Positions 1 through 12,825 of a DNA stretch of 64,000 nt are shown in pieces. Where the stretch lies: NCBI RefSeq assembly GCF_009914755.1, contig NC_060934.1; one strand, 5' to 3'. The DNA comes from the human T2T-CHM13v2.0 reference genome, Homo sapiens. The stretch's first letter is position 1. Each line of letters begins with the position of its first letter. Position numbers and translations under genes: made by a program. The notes beneath the pieces were generated by a model that was not told the origin of the DNA, ran no database searches, and saw only the letters and a program-made list of their open reading frames with translations.

Positions 1-35
1 TTGCTCATCAAAATAAATGCAAAACACATTATTCT

Positions 36-329
36 ATTTATTTTGTTTTTTCTTGAGACATCACTTTATTGCCCAGGCTGGGGTGAAGTCATATGATTAT
101 TGCTCACCGCAGCCTCAAATTCCTCAGCTCAAGTGATCCTCACCTCAGCCTCCTGAGTAGCTAGGACTATAGGTGCGAGCCATTGTGCCCACCTAATTTT
201 TTTATTTTTTATAGAGACAGGGATATCACCATGCTGCCGAGTTTGGTCTCAAACTTCTGAGCTCAAGCAATCTTCCTGCCTCTGCCTCCCAAAGTGCTGA
301 GATTACAGGAATGAGCCACTGTGCCCGGC
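36..329 (-). mobile_element. AluJ
   Basis: Diverged Alu dimer; flanking ttattcta TSD core. Confidence 0.9.
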
Positions 330-489
330 TTAAAAAGCGTTATTCTAAAAAGAACAACTACAGTGAGAGATTTATAACATAATCTCCTCAAAACTAATAG
401 GACAAGCAGATAATAATAAATGAAGATATCAAATACTTGAACAATTAGTATTGGATATATGAAATTTATTTAAACATTAGGTTGGTATG

Positions 490-610
490 GAAAAATACCT
501 AATGTAAATGATGAGTTGATGGGTGCAGCAAACCAACATGGTACATGTATACCTATGTATCAAGCCTGCAAGTTGTGCACATGTACCCTAGAACTTAAAG
601 TATAATAAAT
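490..610 (+). mobile_element. L1PA 3'-end fragment
   Basis: atacctaatgtaaatgatgagttgatgggtgcagcaaaccaacatgg...gaacttaaagtataataaa. Confidence 0.9.
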
Positions 611-621
611 ACATATATATG

Positions 622-741
622 TTAGGTTGGTGCAAAAGTAATTGCTATTTTTGCCCACTATTAAAGTTTAATATTAATTAAATTTCATATATCCAATTAC
701 TTTTAATGGCAAAAACCACAATTACTTTTGCACCATCCTAA
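622..741. mobile_element. MADE1 (Hsmar1-derived palindromic MITE) with a ~40-bp internal insert
   Basis: TIRs ttaggttggtgcaaaagtaattgc ... caattacttttgcaccatcctaa. Confidence 0.9.
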
Positions 742-744
742 CAT

Positions 745-1290
745 ATTAGATATAGTAGATGATACACCTTTTGAATATACATGCAACATATATAAGAATG
801 AACTATTTCAAGCCTTTACAATAATCTCAATAAATTCCAAATGACCAATATGTACTTCAAACTATTACTCAGACTATTATACAATAAGTTTATAAATTAA
901 TACCAAAAATATAGCTATTGAGATGTAACAAATGTTTGAGAACTAAATAATATATGACCAAACAATCCATGGGCTAAGAGAAAAAAAAAAAAAACCTTAA
1001 AGAACATTAAGATCTATTTATAACTGAATGCAAACAAAACCCAGTTTATGTAAAATTTAGTTTGACATAGCTAAGGCAGCACTTGGGAAATTTATTGTTT
1101 ACATGGACTCACTAGGAATTAAGAAAGGTTAAAAATAAACATCTTTATTATTTCTCTCCTTCTTGCTTCTTTAGCTGTGTCTTATTACTTTTTTTCAACT
1201 CATTGAGTTGAATGCTGCACTTGAATGACCTGTAAACATATGAAAAAAGATGCTCAGCCTAATTAATATTCAGAGATTAGCAAATGAAAG
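745..1290 (+). mobile_element. Old L1M ORF2 fragments
   Basis: Degenerate L1 motifs (aaacaatccatgggctaagag; catagctaaggcagcacttgggaaattta; aaacatatgaaaaaagatgctca). Confidence 0.55.
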
Positions 1291-3194
1291 CCATGAGATA
1301 CAAGGCTGGTGTGTTACATGCATATGCATAGTCCAAGATAACTCAGTATCATATTTGCATTCCAGCTATCAGGAAAGAAAAAAAGTTAGGAAATGGAGGG
1401 GAAAGGCAAACCCCTTCCTTTTAAAAGGGTGTGGCCTGAAAGATGCAACATTAACATTCTCATTGACCAGAACTTGGTCATGACTACACCAAGCTTTCTG
1501 AGGATCCGGGAAATGTATACTTTATTGAAGGCTTCCATGTACCAAGATGAAAACTGGGGTTTCTATTACTGCAGAAGAAAAAAAGAATAGACATTGAATA
1601 GATAGCCAGCATACTCTAGCATGGGAGACACACTGAAGTAAATTTTTTTAACTCTCAGACTTTGATGGGGAAATCCAGCCCCTTTTTAATGTTCTCAGAT
1701 CGTTCATTTGGGTGTGGAAAGTTATCTGCTGCTCAAGATTTGAAAAAAATCTTGAAAATTTGAAAAATTTTTTCAAAAAAAAATTTGAAAAATAGGCCAA
1801 AACTAGGCTTGGAAAGAAAAAAAGTATGCATGCAAATATTTTTTCAGGAAAGTTGTGTTTATTCAGTCCAACATTTAATTACTTGAAGTTTTTTCAGCCT
1901 TCACCTTTTATGGAGCTTTTGAAGCAATGCTATCTGGGATGTTATTAAGCAGAACTGCTAGATAGTTCAAACCCTGAGGACTGATGGCAGCCAACGACTT
2001 ATAGTGAAAATCAGACTACCTTTCATTTCTGTTTATGATATGCCATGATTTACTAATAGTTTTATATTATCAATTATTTTCACATGAAAAGGACTATAAA
2101 CCTTTTTGAACGCACTGACAAGGATTTGTAATACCTCTTTGGTATCAAGAACACCATCTCTGGAAACCAAATGGGCATTTGACAAGCCAATCAATTATTT
2201 AATGGAATGCAGAGGAGAATATTTGGGGGGGAATAATTGACTCCTCCGAGTGGATTTGAAATGGTATAGTTTCTTTTCACAGAAGGCTTCTAGTTACTTT
2301 TCAAGAAACAGAATAACCTGGTGTTATCAATGTATAAAAGCTTAATTTTTTAATTCAGAAATATTTTAGCCTCCAGGCTTCCCGGCAGAATCTTGAAATG
2401 TTGTTGAACACTGAAAGAGTTAAGAGACCTGTTGACACTTATTACTGGAGTGAACAGAAATGAAATATCATTTTCTATTATACTGCTTGTCTCCTCTTCC
2501 CCATACCGTACAAGAAAATGTAGAAACAAAAGTAAAATCTGTTGAAAATTTACATTTGTTTGGAAAAAAAATGTATTAAAGAGGAGATTACAGGAATTGG
2601 CAATATCATCTTTTTACTGGAGGGCTACTGCCTGCCTGCCAGCATCAATGCCCAGTACCAGTCAAGCAACTTACCATATTTTAGGGATGGATCTAATTAT
2701 AGCCAGCGGAAATTAGCTACTTTCAGATGGCACATTCACTTTCCTGTGTCCTGCATTTTATAATGTGCTTTTCCTGTCATTTGTCCCTTTGTCTAATTCA
2801 GAAGTCTTAGGAGACATTTAGCAGGAATGTAAGAGTCCTGAAGATACCAGACATGCAAAAAATGATAACAGGAACTATAATCACCAATTGTGGGCAATGA
2901 TGATAAATTGTGTCCCACAAAAATTTATGTTCAACCAGCAACTCAAGTAAAAGAGGGCAAGATTGAGGAAGAAGCTGAAATACAGGTAGCTGTGCTCAGG
3001 AAACAAAAGCTAAAATTTTTAAAATTCAGTTTTTCTGTGAGCAAATACTTTTCTGCAAGAAAAGAAATGGGATAAAGGGCATACAGGTGCTTTGAAAAAA
3101 GAATTTCAGAATGATTTGGCACTTTAATCTATGTGACTGTATAATTTGATTTAAAAGCAAGCATTAAACAATTAAAAAGCTAAAATACAATTTA

Positions 3195-4018
3195 TTTTCA
3201 AGCTCTAACTTCCAGTACCTGTAAACATGATCTTATTTTAAAACAGTCTCTTTGCAGATGTAATCAAATTAAGATGAGCTCATACTGGATGAGGGTGGGC
3301 CTTAAATTCAATAACTTGTGTCCTTATAAGGAAAGGAAAATTTAGAGACAAAGAGACACAGACATACATAGAGGGGGAAAGGCCAAATAAAGACAGAGGC
3401 AGAGATGGGAGTCAGACAGGTATAAACCAATGTATTAGTCAATTCTCATGCTGCTAATAAAGACATTCCCGAGACTGAGTACTTTATAAAGGAAAGAGGT
3501 TTAATTGACTCACAGTTCAGCATGGCTGGGAGGCCTCAGGAAACTAACAATGGCAGAAGGAGAAGCAAACACATCCTTCTTCACATTATGGCAGGAAGGA
3601 GAATGAGTGCCCAGTGAAGGGGAACTCCCATTATAAAACCATGAGATCTCATGAGAACTAACTCACTATCACGAGAACAGGATGGGGAAACCTGATTCAG
3701 TTATCTCCACCTGGTTCCTCCCAGGACACATGGGGATTATGGGAACTGCAATTCAAGATGAGATTTGGGCGGGAACACAGCCAAACCATATCAACCAAAG
3801 AACACCAAGGAATGCTGGGAGTTACCAGAAGCTAGGAAGAGGCAAAGGAAGGAGTCTTTGAGTCTCTGAAAGCTCAAGGAGGCTTCAAAGTGTACATGGC
3901 CCTGCCAGCACCTTGATTTAGAGCTTCTAGCCTCCAGAACTATGAGAAAATAAATTTCTACTGTTTTAAGCCACTCAGTTTGTAGTAATTTGGTTCAGCA
4001 GTCCTAGGAAATGAACAT
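3195..4018 (+). mobile_element. MLT1B/C MaLR LTR, interrupted by THE1
   Basis: tctttgcagatgtaatcaaattaagatgag ... cttctagcctccagaactatgagaaaataaatttc...ttttaagccactcagtttg. Confidence 0.85.
3431..3793 (-). mobile_element. THE1 (C/D-like) solo LTR
   Basis: tgtattagtc...ccaaaccatatca with perfect 5-bp TSD accaa (3426-3430, 3794-3798). Confidence 0.92.
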
Positions 4019-4019
4019 A

Positions 4020-4760
4020 GGTGGAAATGATATTTCTGGCTCAAAATTTTCCACTACGTCATCAGGAGTTAGTTGCAGACACTCGACCCTCAGGGATAGG
4101 AAAAATCTGGCACTGGTTATTTGACTTAAAGGTAGTAAGAACTATGTTAATGCTCAGAAACTAGACTTTAGCAGCCCATAGCATGCTGTGGTGAATTATC
4201 TAATTAAATGAATTCCTATGGTCACCTGGAATAAACTGACCTTTAAAAGAGATTTAGGGAAGCTGAGCTATTCTCCGACCTTAGACTAGTATGAAAAACT
4301 GAAGGAATTCAATATTGCGGAGTAGCAACTTCTAACAAAACCAGAAAGTTAAACAGACAAAAGCTCAAATGCTTAAATTCTCTGAACCATGATGAACTAA
4401 AGGCTTTCTATTATTATTTAGCACTAAAGCTAAGATAATTGGAGATTGAATTTCTTCCAAGGTCTGAGGTCACAGTTTCATGATTTCTTACATGACAGTT
4501 ATAGCATTGGTCACAAAGGAGTGGGACAGAATTTAGAAGATTTGGACTACACCAAGACTCCAACTCCCTATGAACCTCCTCAGACAAATGGATCAGCCCT
4601 CTCTACCCTGTCCTGGTGAGGCTGTGCTACCTTCTTAAAGACACTGTCTCTCTCTTACCTGAGTAAATCGCTTTTCCAGAGGAAGCCACTTCTCAATTCT
4701 CATCTTCAGTCTTGCCCCCCACCCCCACCACTCCTCACAGTATTTAGATATTAACCATAG
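4020..4760 (+). mobile_element. MaLR/ERVL internal-region remnant
   Basis: Resembles MLT-int (agcccatagcatgctgtgg...tatggtcacctggaat; aaggagtggga; cttcagtcttgccccccacc) and directly follows an LTR. Confidence 0.5.
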
Positions 4761-4844
4761 GAAGATACAGTATATGCTAGTAGACTAAACCCAAGAAGAA
4801 AATTCCTTGCAGGGTGTTACTTAAATTTTAGGAAGGATACCATA

Positions 4845-5085
4845 CCATGGTGGTTAAAACACTGGAATCCAATGGCCTGAATTCAAATTCCCCCTGTGAC
4901 ACTTACTGTGTGACCTTTGTCAAGGTTTTTTTTACATATTTTTGCCTTAATTTCCTCATCTGTAAAATTCAAATAATAACAGTTTTATCCCTTAGGGTTT
5001 TTGTAATAATTAAAATGAATCTATATATATAACATGCTTAGAACAGCTGGCATACACTAAGCGCTACGTAAGTCGTGGCTATTCG
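4845..5085 (+). mobile_element. MIR
   Basis: Core tgtgtgacctt...tttcctcatctgtaaaat. Confidence 0.85.
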
Positions 5086-5467
5086 TGCACATTAAACTCT
5101 AGAATACAATGCACTCAGGCTCCACCCAGCAATCATCCCTTAGTGTAGTTAGACTCTGGCCTTTTCTGCTATGGAGGCTCCATGCTGCAGTGTTCCACAC
5201 CTCTGGATAACTGCCATTCTCAGCACAGTCAATCTGCACATCTTCTATGCTGAGCAGGTGCACACCGCCAAGGAAACAAAGACAATAACAAAGCCATATG
5301 TGCTAATACCAGATTCAACTTACTTAATCTGCAACATGAAAAAGTAGAATTATATAGTAACATCAAAACAGTGAGGCCCAGGATACAGCCGCTTCTTTTT
5401 ATAAAACTACCATTTATTGAGGGCCTTCAGTTACAGAAACTGTGTGCTTCCCACTTTACAAGATATC

Positions 5468-5847
5468 GTGGATTGATGTCCGCTCAAATGTTTATGTCCC
5501 CTCATATTTCACATGTTGAACCCTAACCTCTAGTGTGATGCTATTTGGAAATAGCGTCTTTGGGAGCTAATTAGGGGCCCTCGTGATAATGGAATTTGTG
5601 TCCTTATAGAAAGAGACCAGAGAGTTTGCTCTATAAAGCTTTCTTCACCATTCTCCCTCACCCTTATGCGAGGACACAGGGAGTAGGTGGCGGTCATGTG
5701 CAAGCCAGGAAAAGAGCCCTCACCAGAATTCAACTATGCTGGCAACCTTACCTTGGACTTCCAGCCCCCAGAACTGTGAGAAAATAAATTTATATTGTTT
5801 AAGCCACCTAGACTACAATGCTTTTTATGGCAGCCCAAGCTAAGACA
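5468..5847 (+). mobile_element. MLT1A/MSTD-like LTR
   Basis: aagccaggaaaagagccctcaccagaa...ggacttccagcccccagaactgtgagaaaataaattt...gcagcccaagctaagaca. Confidence 0.85.
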
Positions 5848-6439
5848 TGGACATTTTCCTTTGTCCTCACAAGAGTGCAGGAGACCCAGTCCTTGCCCTC
5901 AGTGAACTTTCAGTTTACTGATTAGGTACTGATACCAAGGTGATTAGGCACAGAGATAGGGAAGTACACCAAGGATAGCTTGAGGAAAGGAATATATAAA
6001 GTACCCCCTCAGCACACACCTACAATTCTCTGCCAAATACAAGGGGGTTGTTTCTTGCTTGATGACAGCAACCAATGCACTTTGAAAACAATGTCAAGCA
6101 GGTTTCTTCCCACCCCTTTCCTAGCAAGTTCTTAGGAATTATGCTTCTCTCTCTCTTCCTCCTCCTCCTTCTCCTCCTCCTCCATAATTTCCTCCACTTT
6201 TGCCCTTGCCTGCTTCAAAATTCTTGGAAGAGGTTGGACCAGCATTCACCAGTATCCTGAGGTTTCAAAGCAATCATGTCCTAGTATGGTGGTTTCAGAA
6301 CCAAGGACAGCACTGTGTCTATCTCTCCCAAAGTTCTGTAATCCACACCTATGGGAGTGGTGTGATTAGATTTCCCCCAAAGTCACAGTTAAGACAGATC
6401 TTTCATATGCCATCCTAAGAAAATAATATTAATGTAAAG

Positions 6440-6645
6440 TAATAGTAGTAATGCCTAATGTTTATTGAGTGTTTAATATATGCTATATGTTTATCATTTC
6501 ATTTAATTCTCATAACAACCCTATAAAGTAGATTTTTTTATTATCCCCATTTGACAGTTGAGAAACAAACTCAGGAGGACATCAAGTGGTTTGCTCAAGG
6601 TCACGTGGATAGTAAGAATCAGAACCAGAAGTGGAATCCAAATTA
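6440..6645 (-). mobile_element. MIR
   Basis: tcatttaattctcataacaaccctat...attatccccatttgacagttgagaaac...ttgctcaaggtcac. Confidence 0.8.
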
Positions 6646-9034
6646 GGCATTTACTACTATTATTCTATTTGACATGACTTCTTATATAACTGTACTTGCT
6701 GAAATTATTCTTTCTCTGAATAGTTTTTCCATCATAAAGCACTGTTTTCCAGGAACACTATCAGAATTATGTGCATTTCACCATATGAACCTTACACAAT
6801 ATGACTTCATTACTCATGGGACATTGAGCTTCCATGAAGCCAGATAACATTAGCAGAGACTCCTGCAAGGAATTACATGGCGAGGCTGAGAGAAGACATT
6901 CCCAATTAATCATTGCCTTCCACCTTAACCATTGAACTACCAGCCCCAAGAACTGTGAGAAAGTGAATTTGTATTGTTTAAGCCACCCAGTCTATATAAC
7001 ACTTAATTATGGCAGCTCAAGCTAACCATAAGACATAGACATTTTCCTTTGTCCTCAGCCTGTGAGTGATGGAGAGTTACTGTCACCAATAGGAAGGAAA
7101 CGAGAAGGGCAAATAATATTCATGGAAAATTGCTGTTTTGCAAGGACCTTGGTAGGCATTTTTGCAATATTTTAAAATTTTATATTGAATTTCTAAATAC
7201 AACTTATTATAGTTTTTTTCAATTATATATACACACTCCAGCGAAAAAATAAAACCAAAAGGAAAACCTCACTTATTTTCCAGTACTCAGAGATAACTAT
7301 TCTTTCTGTTTTGTGTATTTCTCCACAGTCTTTACTTTCTACAATTATTTTCAGCAAGTAGGGGAGTGAGTAGACCATCCAATGATAAACTAAGTATTTA
7401 TCTGCTAAACATACTGGGACTCCAAGTAAACTCTCATTTGAAGAAAGGATATCATTTGTTTTTAAAACTAAAGTTTTTAAAATTTATCTAGTAAATATTT
7501 TGGATAAGCTTGTGGATATTTTGAAGTTAACTTTCGATTATAAACCAGAAATATTAGTAGCTAATTTGTAATCCCATGGAAGAGAAATGTCTGAGTATTG
7601 GATTTCAAAAATTCCAAAATCAACTCGCTATCTACTTATACACCACTAGGTGGTACTAGGTGATTTTTCTTTTCTCTTTAAGTCAGATAATTGTGTGTGT
7701 TTTCTGCTCTTAACACTCCTTAAAAGGTGAAATTGAAGGAAATTTGGGAAGTGCTAGAAAAGTTCTAAAATTGGATTGTGGTGATGGCTTCTAAATTTAA
7801 ATCACAAATTTACTAATATGTCTTGAATGACATTTCAGTGAAGCTGTAAAAATTTTAAAAAAAGCTAAAACTTTTTCATATGTGGTTTATCTTGAGAATC
7901 CATATGCTTTTTCTGTATATTTAAAAGAAAGCAAGAAATCTGCTTAGCGACAAGTTGAAAATTTTTAATTCATTTATATAATCTGGACATGCTTCCACCA
8001 TTGTACTTTTACTTCTTTAATTTGCATACTTTCAGAATTGTCTTACATCAGAAAATTGCCTAATATTGCAGGTACCTAATTAACCAATATAATTAAGTAT
8101 TTATTTAAAACCTTTTTATATAGTACTCTCAAACAGAAACAATTTGATTTTTGGTATTGCCTTTCAATAGCTTCTTCACCACGCAGAGTATCTCTATGAA
8201 ATGCAAGAGTCCATAAACCCACATCTTTAACTTTTAACTTGGATGGTATTTTCAGCATTTAATTTGATTAAAGACGGGGTTTTTTTCCACAGTGATATAC
8301 ATGGCACAACATATTATCACTAACACAGGTATCCCTTGTTAAGGAAATTACAGAATTGGGAAGTAAGCAAATCTAGTGCCGTAGTTAAATCCCTTGGCCT
8401 CTTAGATCTGCATTGAACTCATTCTAAGCTCTGTGAGCTTGGGCAGTGTTCAGGAGTTGGAAGCTGTTTAACCTCCCCAGGCCTTTTCCTCATCTGTAAA
8501 TTTGGAATAAAACTTTCTCATAGAGATTGTATGAGGATTAGATAGGTTTGACATCAGTAACATAGAGGAAGAAAAATGTTACTGAAACTGTGCTTGCCAA
8601 AAGTGGCTATCATAATTCATTTTTGTAAAATTAAACCTCTGTTCTTTACAGACATTGTTGAGAAACAGGGGAACACAACTGAGACTGGAAGGCTTTGCCA
8701 GTGATGTTAAGCTTAAGATCTGAAGTAGGTAGATGGCTTGTTGTTTTTAATAAAGACATTAAGGACTCGGATATAGTAACTGTTAAAAATTCCAGGAGGG
8801 AGAGATGTAGGCACTAAAGGGTAGTTTAAGACACAGATGTTTAACATTCTATTTCAATTTGTTTGTGTTATTGCAATGCAACCAAGTTTATCATTCCCAA
8901 GCCTTCCTTTAATCCTGCTGCACAAACAAAGTCTCTGTGTGATTAGTGTGAGAGGAAATCAAAGAAAAGGAGCTGAGTCCCACCCTGGCTTGTTATGGAG
9001 CAGAAAAAGCAGCTGCAGAATTAAACAAGATCAA

Positions 9035-9297
9035 GGGCTGTTGTCCAGGCAGTGATGTGATCATAGCTCGCTGTAACCTCCAACTCCTGGGCTTAAGTGA
9101 TCCTCCCATCTCAGCCTCACAAGTATTTGGGACTATAGGCCTGAGTCATCATGCCTGGCTGGTTTTTAAAAATTTTTTATAGAGACAGGGTTTTGCTTTG
9201 CTGCCCAGGCTTGCCTCAAACTCTTGGCCTCAAGTCATTCTCCCACCTCAGCCTCCCAAAGTGCTAGGATTACAGGAGTGAGCCACTGCACCAGGCC
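9035..9297 (-). mobile_element. AluJ lacking its A-tail
   Basis: Alu dimer sequence ending ...gagccactgcaccaggcc. Confidence 0.88.
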
Positions 9298-9387
9298 TCA
9301 AATTTTTTTTAAGATGTGAGATAGAAGGTTGTAATCAAATGTGCATGTTTGTGTGGGGGAGGGGTGGGGGAGATGTCTTAATGTATA

Positions 9388-9920
9388 CAGAGTTGAGCCT
9401 CACTATTTATGGATTTCATATTTGCAAATTCACCTACTTGCTAAAATTTATTTGCAGCCCCAACACAAATACTAAAAACAACAATAAATATTGACAGCAT
9501 TTTATCAGTCATTTGCAGACACATACAGAACAGACACACACACACACAAAATGAGTCACCGGAGGCACGCTTTCCTAGCTGCAATCAAACAAGGTAATGT
9601 TCTGCCTTCTTGTTTCAGCTCACATAAACAAGTATCCTTTTCACAGTCTATTTACTGCCATGATTTTGCATTTTGGTACTTTTATTATTTTTATTTACTT
9701 TTTTGGTGATATTGCTGTTTAAAATGGCCCTACCAAGAGTAGTGCTGAGGTGTTGCCTAGTGTTCCTAAGTGTAGAAGGCTGTAATATGCGTGAGGAAGA
9801 AAATACACATGAAGATAAGCTTCATTCAGGCATGAGTTACAGTGCTGTTGGCTGGGTGTTCAGTGTGAATCAATCAAAAGTATATATTAACCAAGCCATC
9901 TTTAAACAGCAACACATATT
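9388..9920 (+). mobile_element. TcMar-Tigger MITE (MER82/MER44-like)
   Basis: atatttgcaaattcacctacttgctaaaatttatttg ... gataagcttcattcaggcatgagttacagtgctgttggc. Confidence 0.7.
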
Positions 9921-9924
9921 AATA

Positions 9925-10255
9925 TACTGCAATACAATTCTGATGCTAACCATCCAGTTAGCATTCAGACTCCGCAAGTTAAAGAACACAGTCCCCGCAA
10001 AGACTGCTCTTATTTCAGATGCCAATTCAGGGGTGTCCAGGCCTCCCATACTTCTGACCAACTGGTTACAAATCTGGGGGTTTCAAGGACCCCCTCAGGT
10101 TCAATAATTCACTAAAATGACTCACAGAACTCAGGAGAGTGCTACACTTATAATTACAGTATATTATAAAGGATACAAACCAGGATGAATTAAGTGAAAA
10201 GACACAAAGGGTGAGGTCTGGAAGGGCGCCCAAACATACAGCTTCCTTGCCTGCT
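9925..10255 (-). mobile_element. MER21-like LTR fragment
   Basis: cttctgaccaactggttacaaat...ctcacagaactcagg...ttataaaggataca. Confidence 0.7.
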
Positions 10256-10447
10256 AAAAAAGCTTCTATTCAAAAGAAAGAGAGTAGCTGTCGAAAAGCA
10301 GGGAGAACAGAACTACCTGAGAGCACAGCCAACTAGAGCCATTTATGCTCCAACACCCTTGGAACCCTCAAAAGCCCCTGCAGCTAGTGGGGAACAGGAT
10401 CACAAATATTTATCCTCTAAAATTTAAAGTCACCAAAAAGACATTAC

Positions 10448-10600
10448 CCTTCCTTCCTTCCTTCCTTCCTTCCTTCCTCCCTCTCTCTCTCTTCCTTCCT
10501 TTCTTCCTTCCTTTTTCTTTCTTTCTTTCTTCTTTCTCTTTCTTTCTTCCTTTCTTTTTTTCTCTCTCTCTCTTTCTTTCTTTCTTTCTTCTTTCCTTCT
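10448..10600. repeat. Polypyrimidine (TTCC)n/(TTTC)n/(CT)n simple repeat
   Basis: About 150 bp of C/T only. Confidence 0.95.
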
Positions 10601-11500
10601 ACATATAAGGAGCACCTACTCTGTCCCAAGCAGTGTTCTAGATGCTGCAGAAGCAACCAGGAACAAAAATGACAAAGCTTTTGCTCTCCTGGAGCTTCCC
10701 TTCTACAGGGGGAGAATATGGTGTGGGGGCGTGGGTTGGGACAGGGGATGAGAGAGACAGACAATAAATAAATAAGAAAAACATAATATATGTCAGATAA
10801 TAATAAGTGCTGTGAAGAAACATTTGACAGTGCAAAATGCCTGAGTCATGAGGCACCGGCTGTTCTTACCCAGCAAAAAGCCTTCTAGGGCAATGATACA
10901 GGCACGGGGAACTGGAAAGCGTTGGGGAGAAGTCTATGAAGATGTGAGAGTTGAAAGTTCCAGGTAAAGGCAAGTGCAAATTCCAGGCGTAGCAGGAAGA
11001 ACTGCACGAAGGGCAGTGCCAGCTTAGCCAGAGGGCTAAATATGATAGGAATGGAAGGAAATGAGATCAGAGAGGCAGCCACAGTTTCGAGAATATAAGG
11101 CTCTGGAAATCACCATAAGTATTTTGGATTTTATTCAAGTGAGATGGGACACTATTGGAGGATCTTGAGTGGGAGAGTGAAATGATTTGACTCGGATTTT
11201 AACACCCTCATTCTCACTGCTAGTGGAGAAAGAGGATAGGGTGACAAAAGGGGAAGCATGCAAGTATCTAGAAGGCCACTGGGCAACCCTGGAAAGAGAT
11301 CATGGGGACTTGGACCAGGGTATTAGCACTGGAGGTGGTGAGAGGGAGTCGGACTCTGGGTGTATTTTTGAAGGTAGAACCAACAAACCTTACTAATAGA
11401 ATGGATTTGGAAGAAAGAGTCAAAGATGACTCTTTTTTTTGTTTTGTTGCAGAGACAGCTGGAAAGATGGCGTTGACTCCAAAGATGGAGCTAAGGATCA
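10600..11500 (-). mobile_element. L2 fragment
   Basis: gagcacctactctgtcccaagcagtgttctagatgct; tttggattttattcaagtgagatggga; ttttgaaggtagaaccaaca. Confidence 0.8.
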
Positions 11501-12504
11501 CCAGAAAGGAATCTGTATTTTTCTAAGACTTTTTGGTATATTTACTGCTCTCAGGTAGTAGCTAAATTACACTGTGACTATTTCTAATTACTTTGGCTGC
11601 TAAATGGCTAATGGCTTAATTCATATAAAGTACAGTGCTGGGACTAAGCTACTGTACTATGAATACTAGCTACTGTTACTACACTTTAGATCACAATTTA
11701 ACTTCTAGTTACTATACCTTAGATCACAGTTTAACTTCAGTAAAATATCCGGAATAACCAGACCAAAAATTAGGATAGTTCATGAGAAAGTAACCCAATG
11801 TTTTCCGACTTGGTGACTTATCATCCATCTAAGTAAATGAAGGGTGTTCAAGTGCGTGAATACTCAGAAGAAACTAAATTTGAATACATGGATCTCTGAT
11901 TTGTTCTTTTGGAATACAAGTTTAAGAGCTAGAGATTAAAATGATTAGTGGTCTGCTAAGAGATGTTGCTGGGGGAAGGACATTTAACCTTTATAAACCA
12001 GAAAATGTATTTATCTTTCAGTCATATTGTGTTCTGCTCTGTGCTTTACTGCTTAATTTTCATGAAAACAAAGTGAATGTATGTCTTAGAACAAGGACAG
12101 TTGGCAGAGCATGTGCAGGCCCTACATTGCCTATTGCTTATTTTCATAACTCTATTTAATTATAATTTACATATAACAAAATGCAACCGTTCATAAGTTT
12201 CTCAAGTCTTGACAAATAGATAACATTTGTATAACCACTGTCACAATCGTGGTAAACAATGTTGCCATCAGTGCTTTCCCAGAACCCCTCGTCTCTTCTG
12301 GAGACCACCTCTTCTATTTATCGTTAAAGATTGTTAACTCCAAGTCCCCAGTCTCTGTCCAGCCAGGGGAAACGAACCCTATGAGTTCAGTGGTTTTTCT
12401 CCTTTCGGGGAGAAGGAGGGAATTCCACCTCACAGTGACACTACCTGGTATAGTGGGAAAGAGAGGGTGGTATTAGTGACATATTTGCTGAATTTTATCT
12501 AATT

Positions 12505-12825
12505 CAGTCATCCTTTGGTATCTGTAGAGGATTGGTTCCAGATGGATTCCAAAATCTGTGGAGGCTCAAGTCTATGATATAAAATGGTGTGGCATTTGCA
12601 TACAACCTACCCATATCTTACTGTATGCTTTAAATCATCTCTAGATTATGTATTAAATATAATACAATGCAAAACTATATAAATAGTTGTTATACTGTAT
12701 TTTAAAATTTGTATTATTTCTAATTGTTGTATTGTTATTTTTGTTGGAGATTTTTCCTGAATATTTTCCATCTCTGATTGGTTGGATCTGCAAATAAGTA
12801 ACCTGCAGATACATAAAGCCAACTG
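12505..12825 (+). mobile_element. MER2 (Tigger-family MITE)
   Basis: cagtcatcctttggtatctgtagaggattggttccag ... gcagatacataaagccaactg|ta. Confidence 0.88.

Noticed and set aside
1735-1795. tttgaaaaa/ttttcaaa palindromic patch
   Set aside because: Short, low-complexity A/T sequence with no element structure.
10345-10764. Lys/Glu/Arg-rich and Phe/Leu/Ser-rich ORFs
   Set aside because: Translations of the CT simple repeat.
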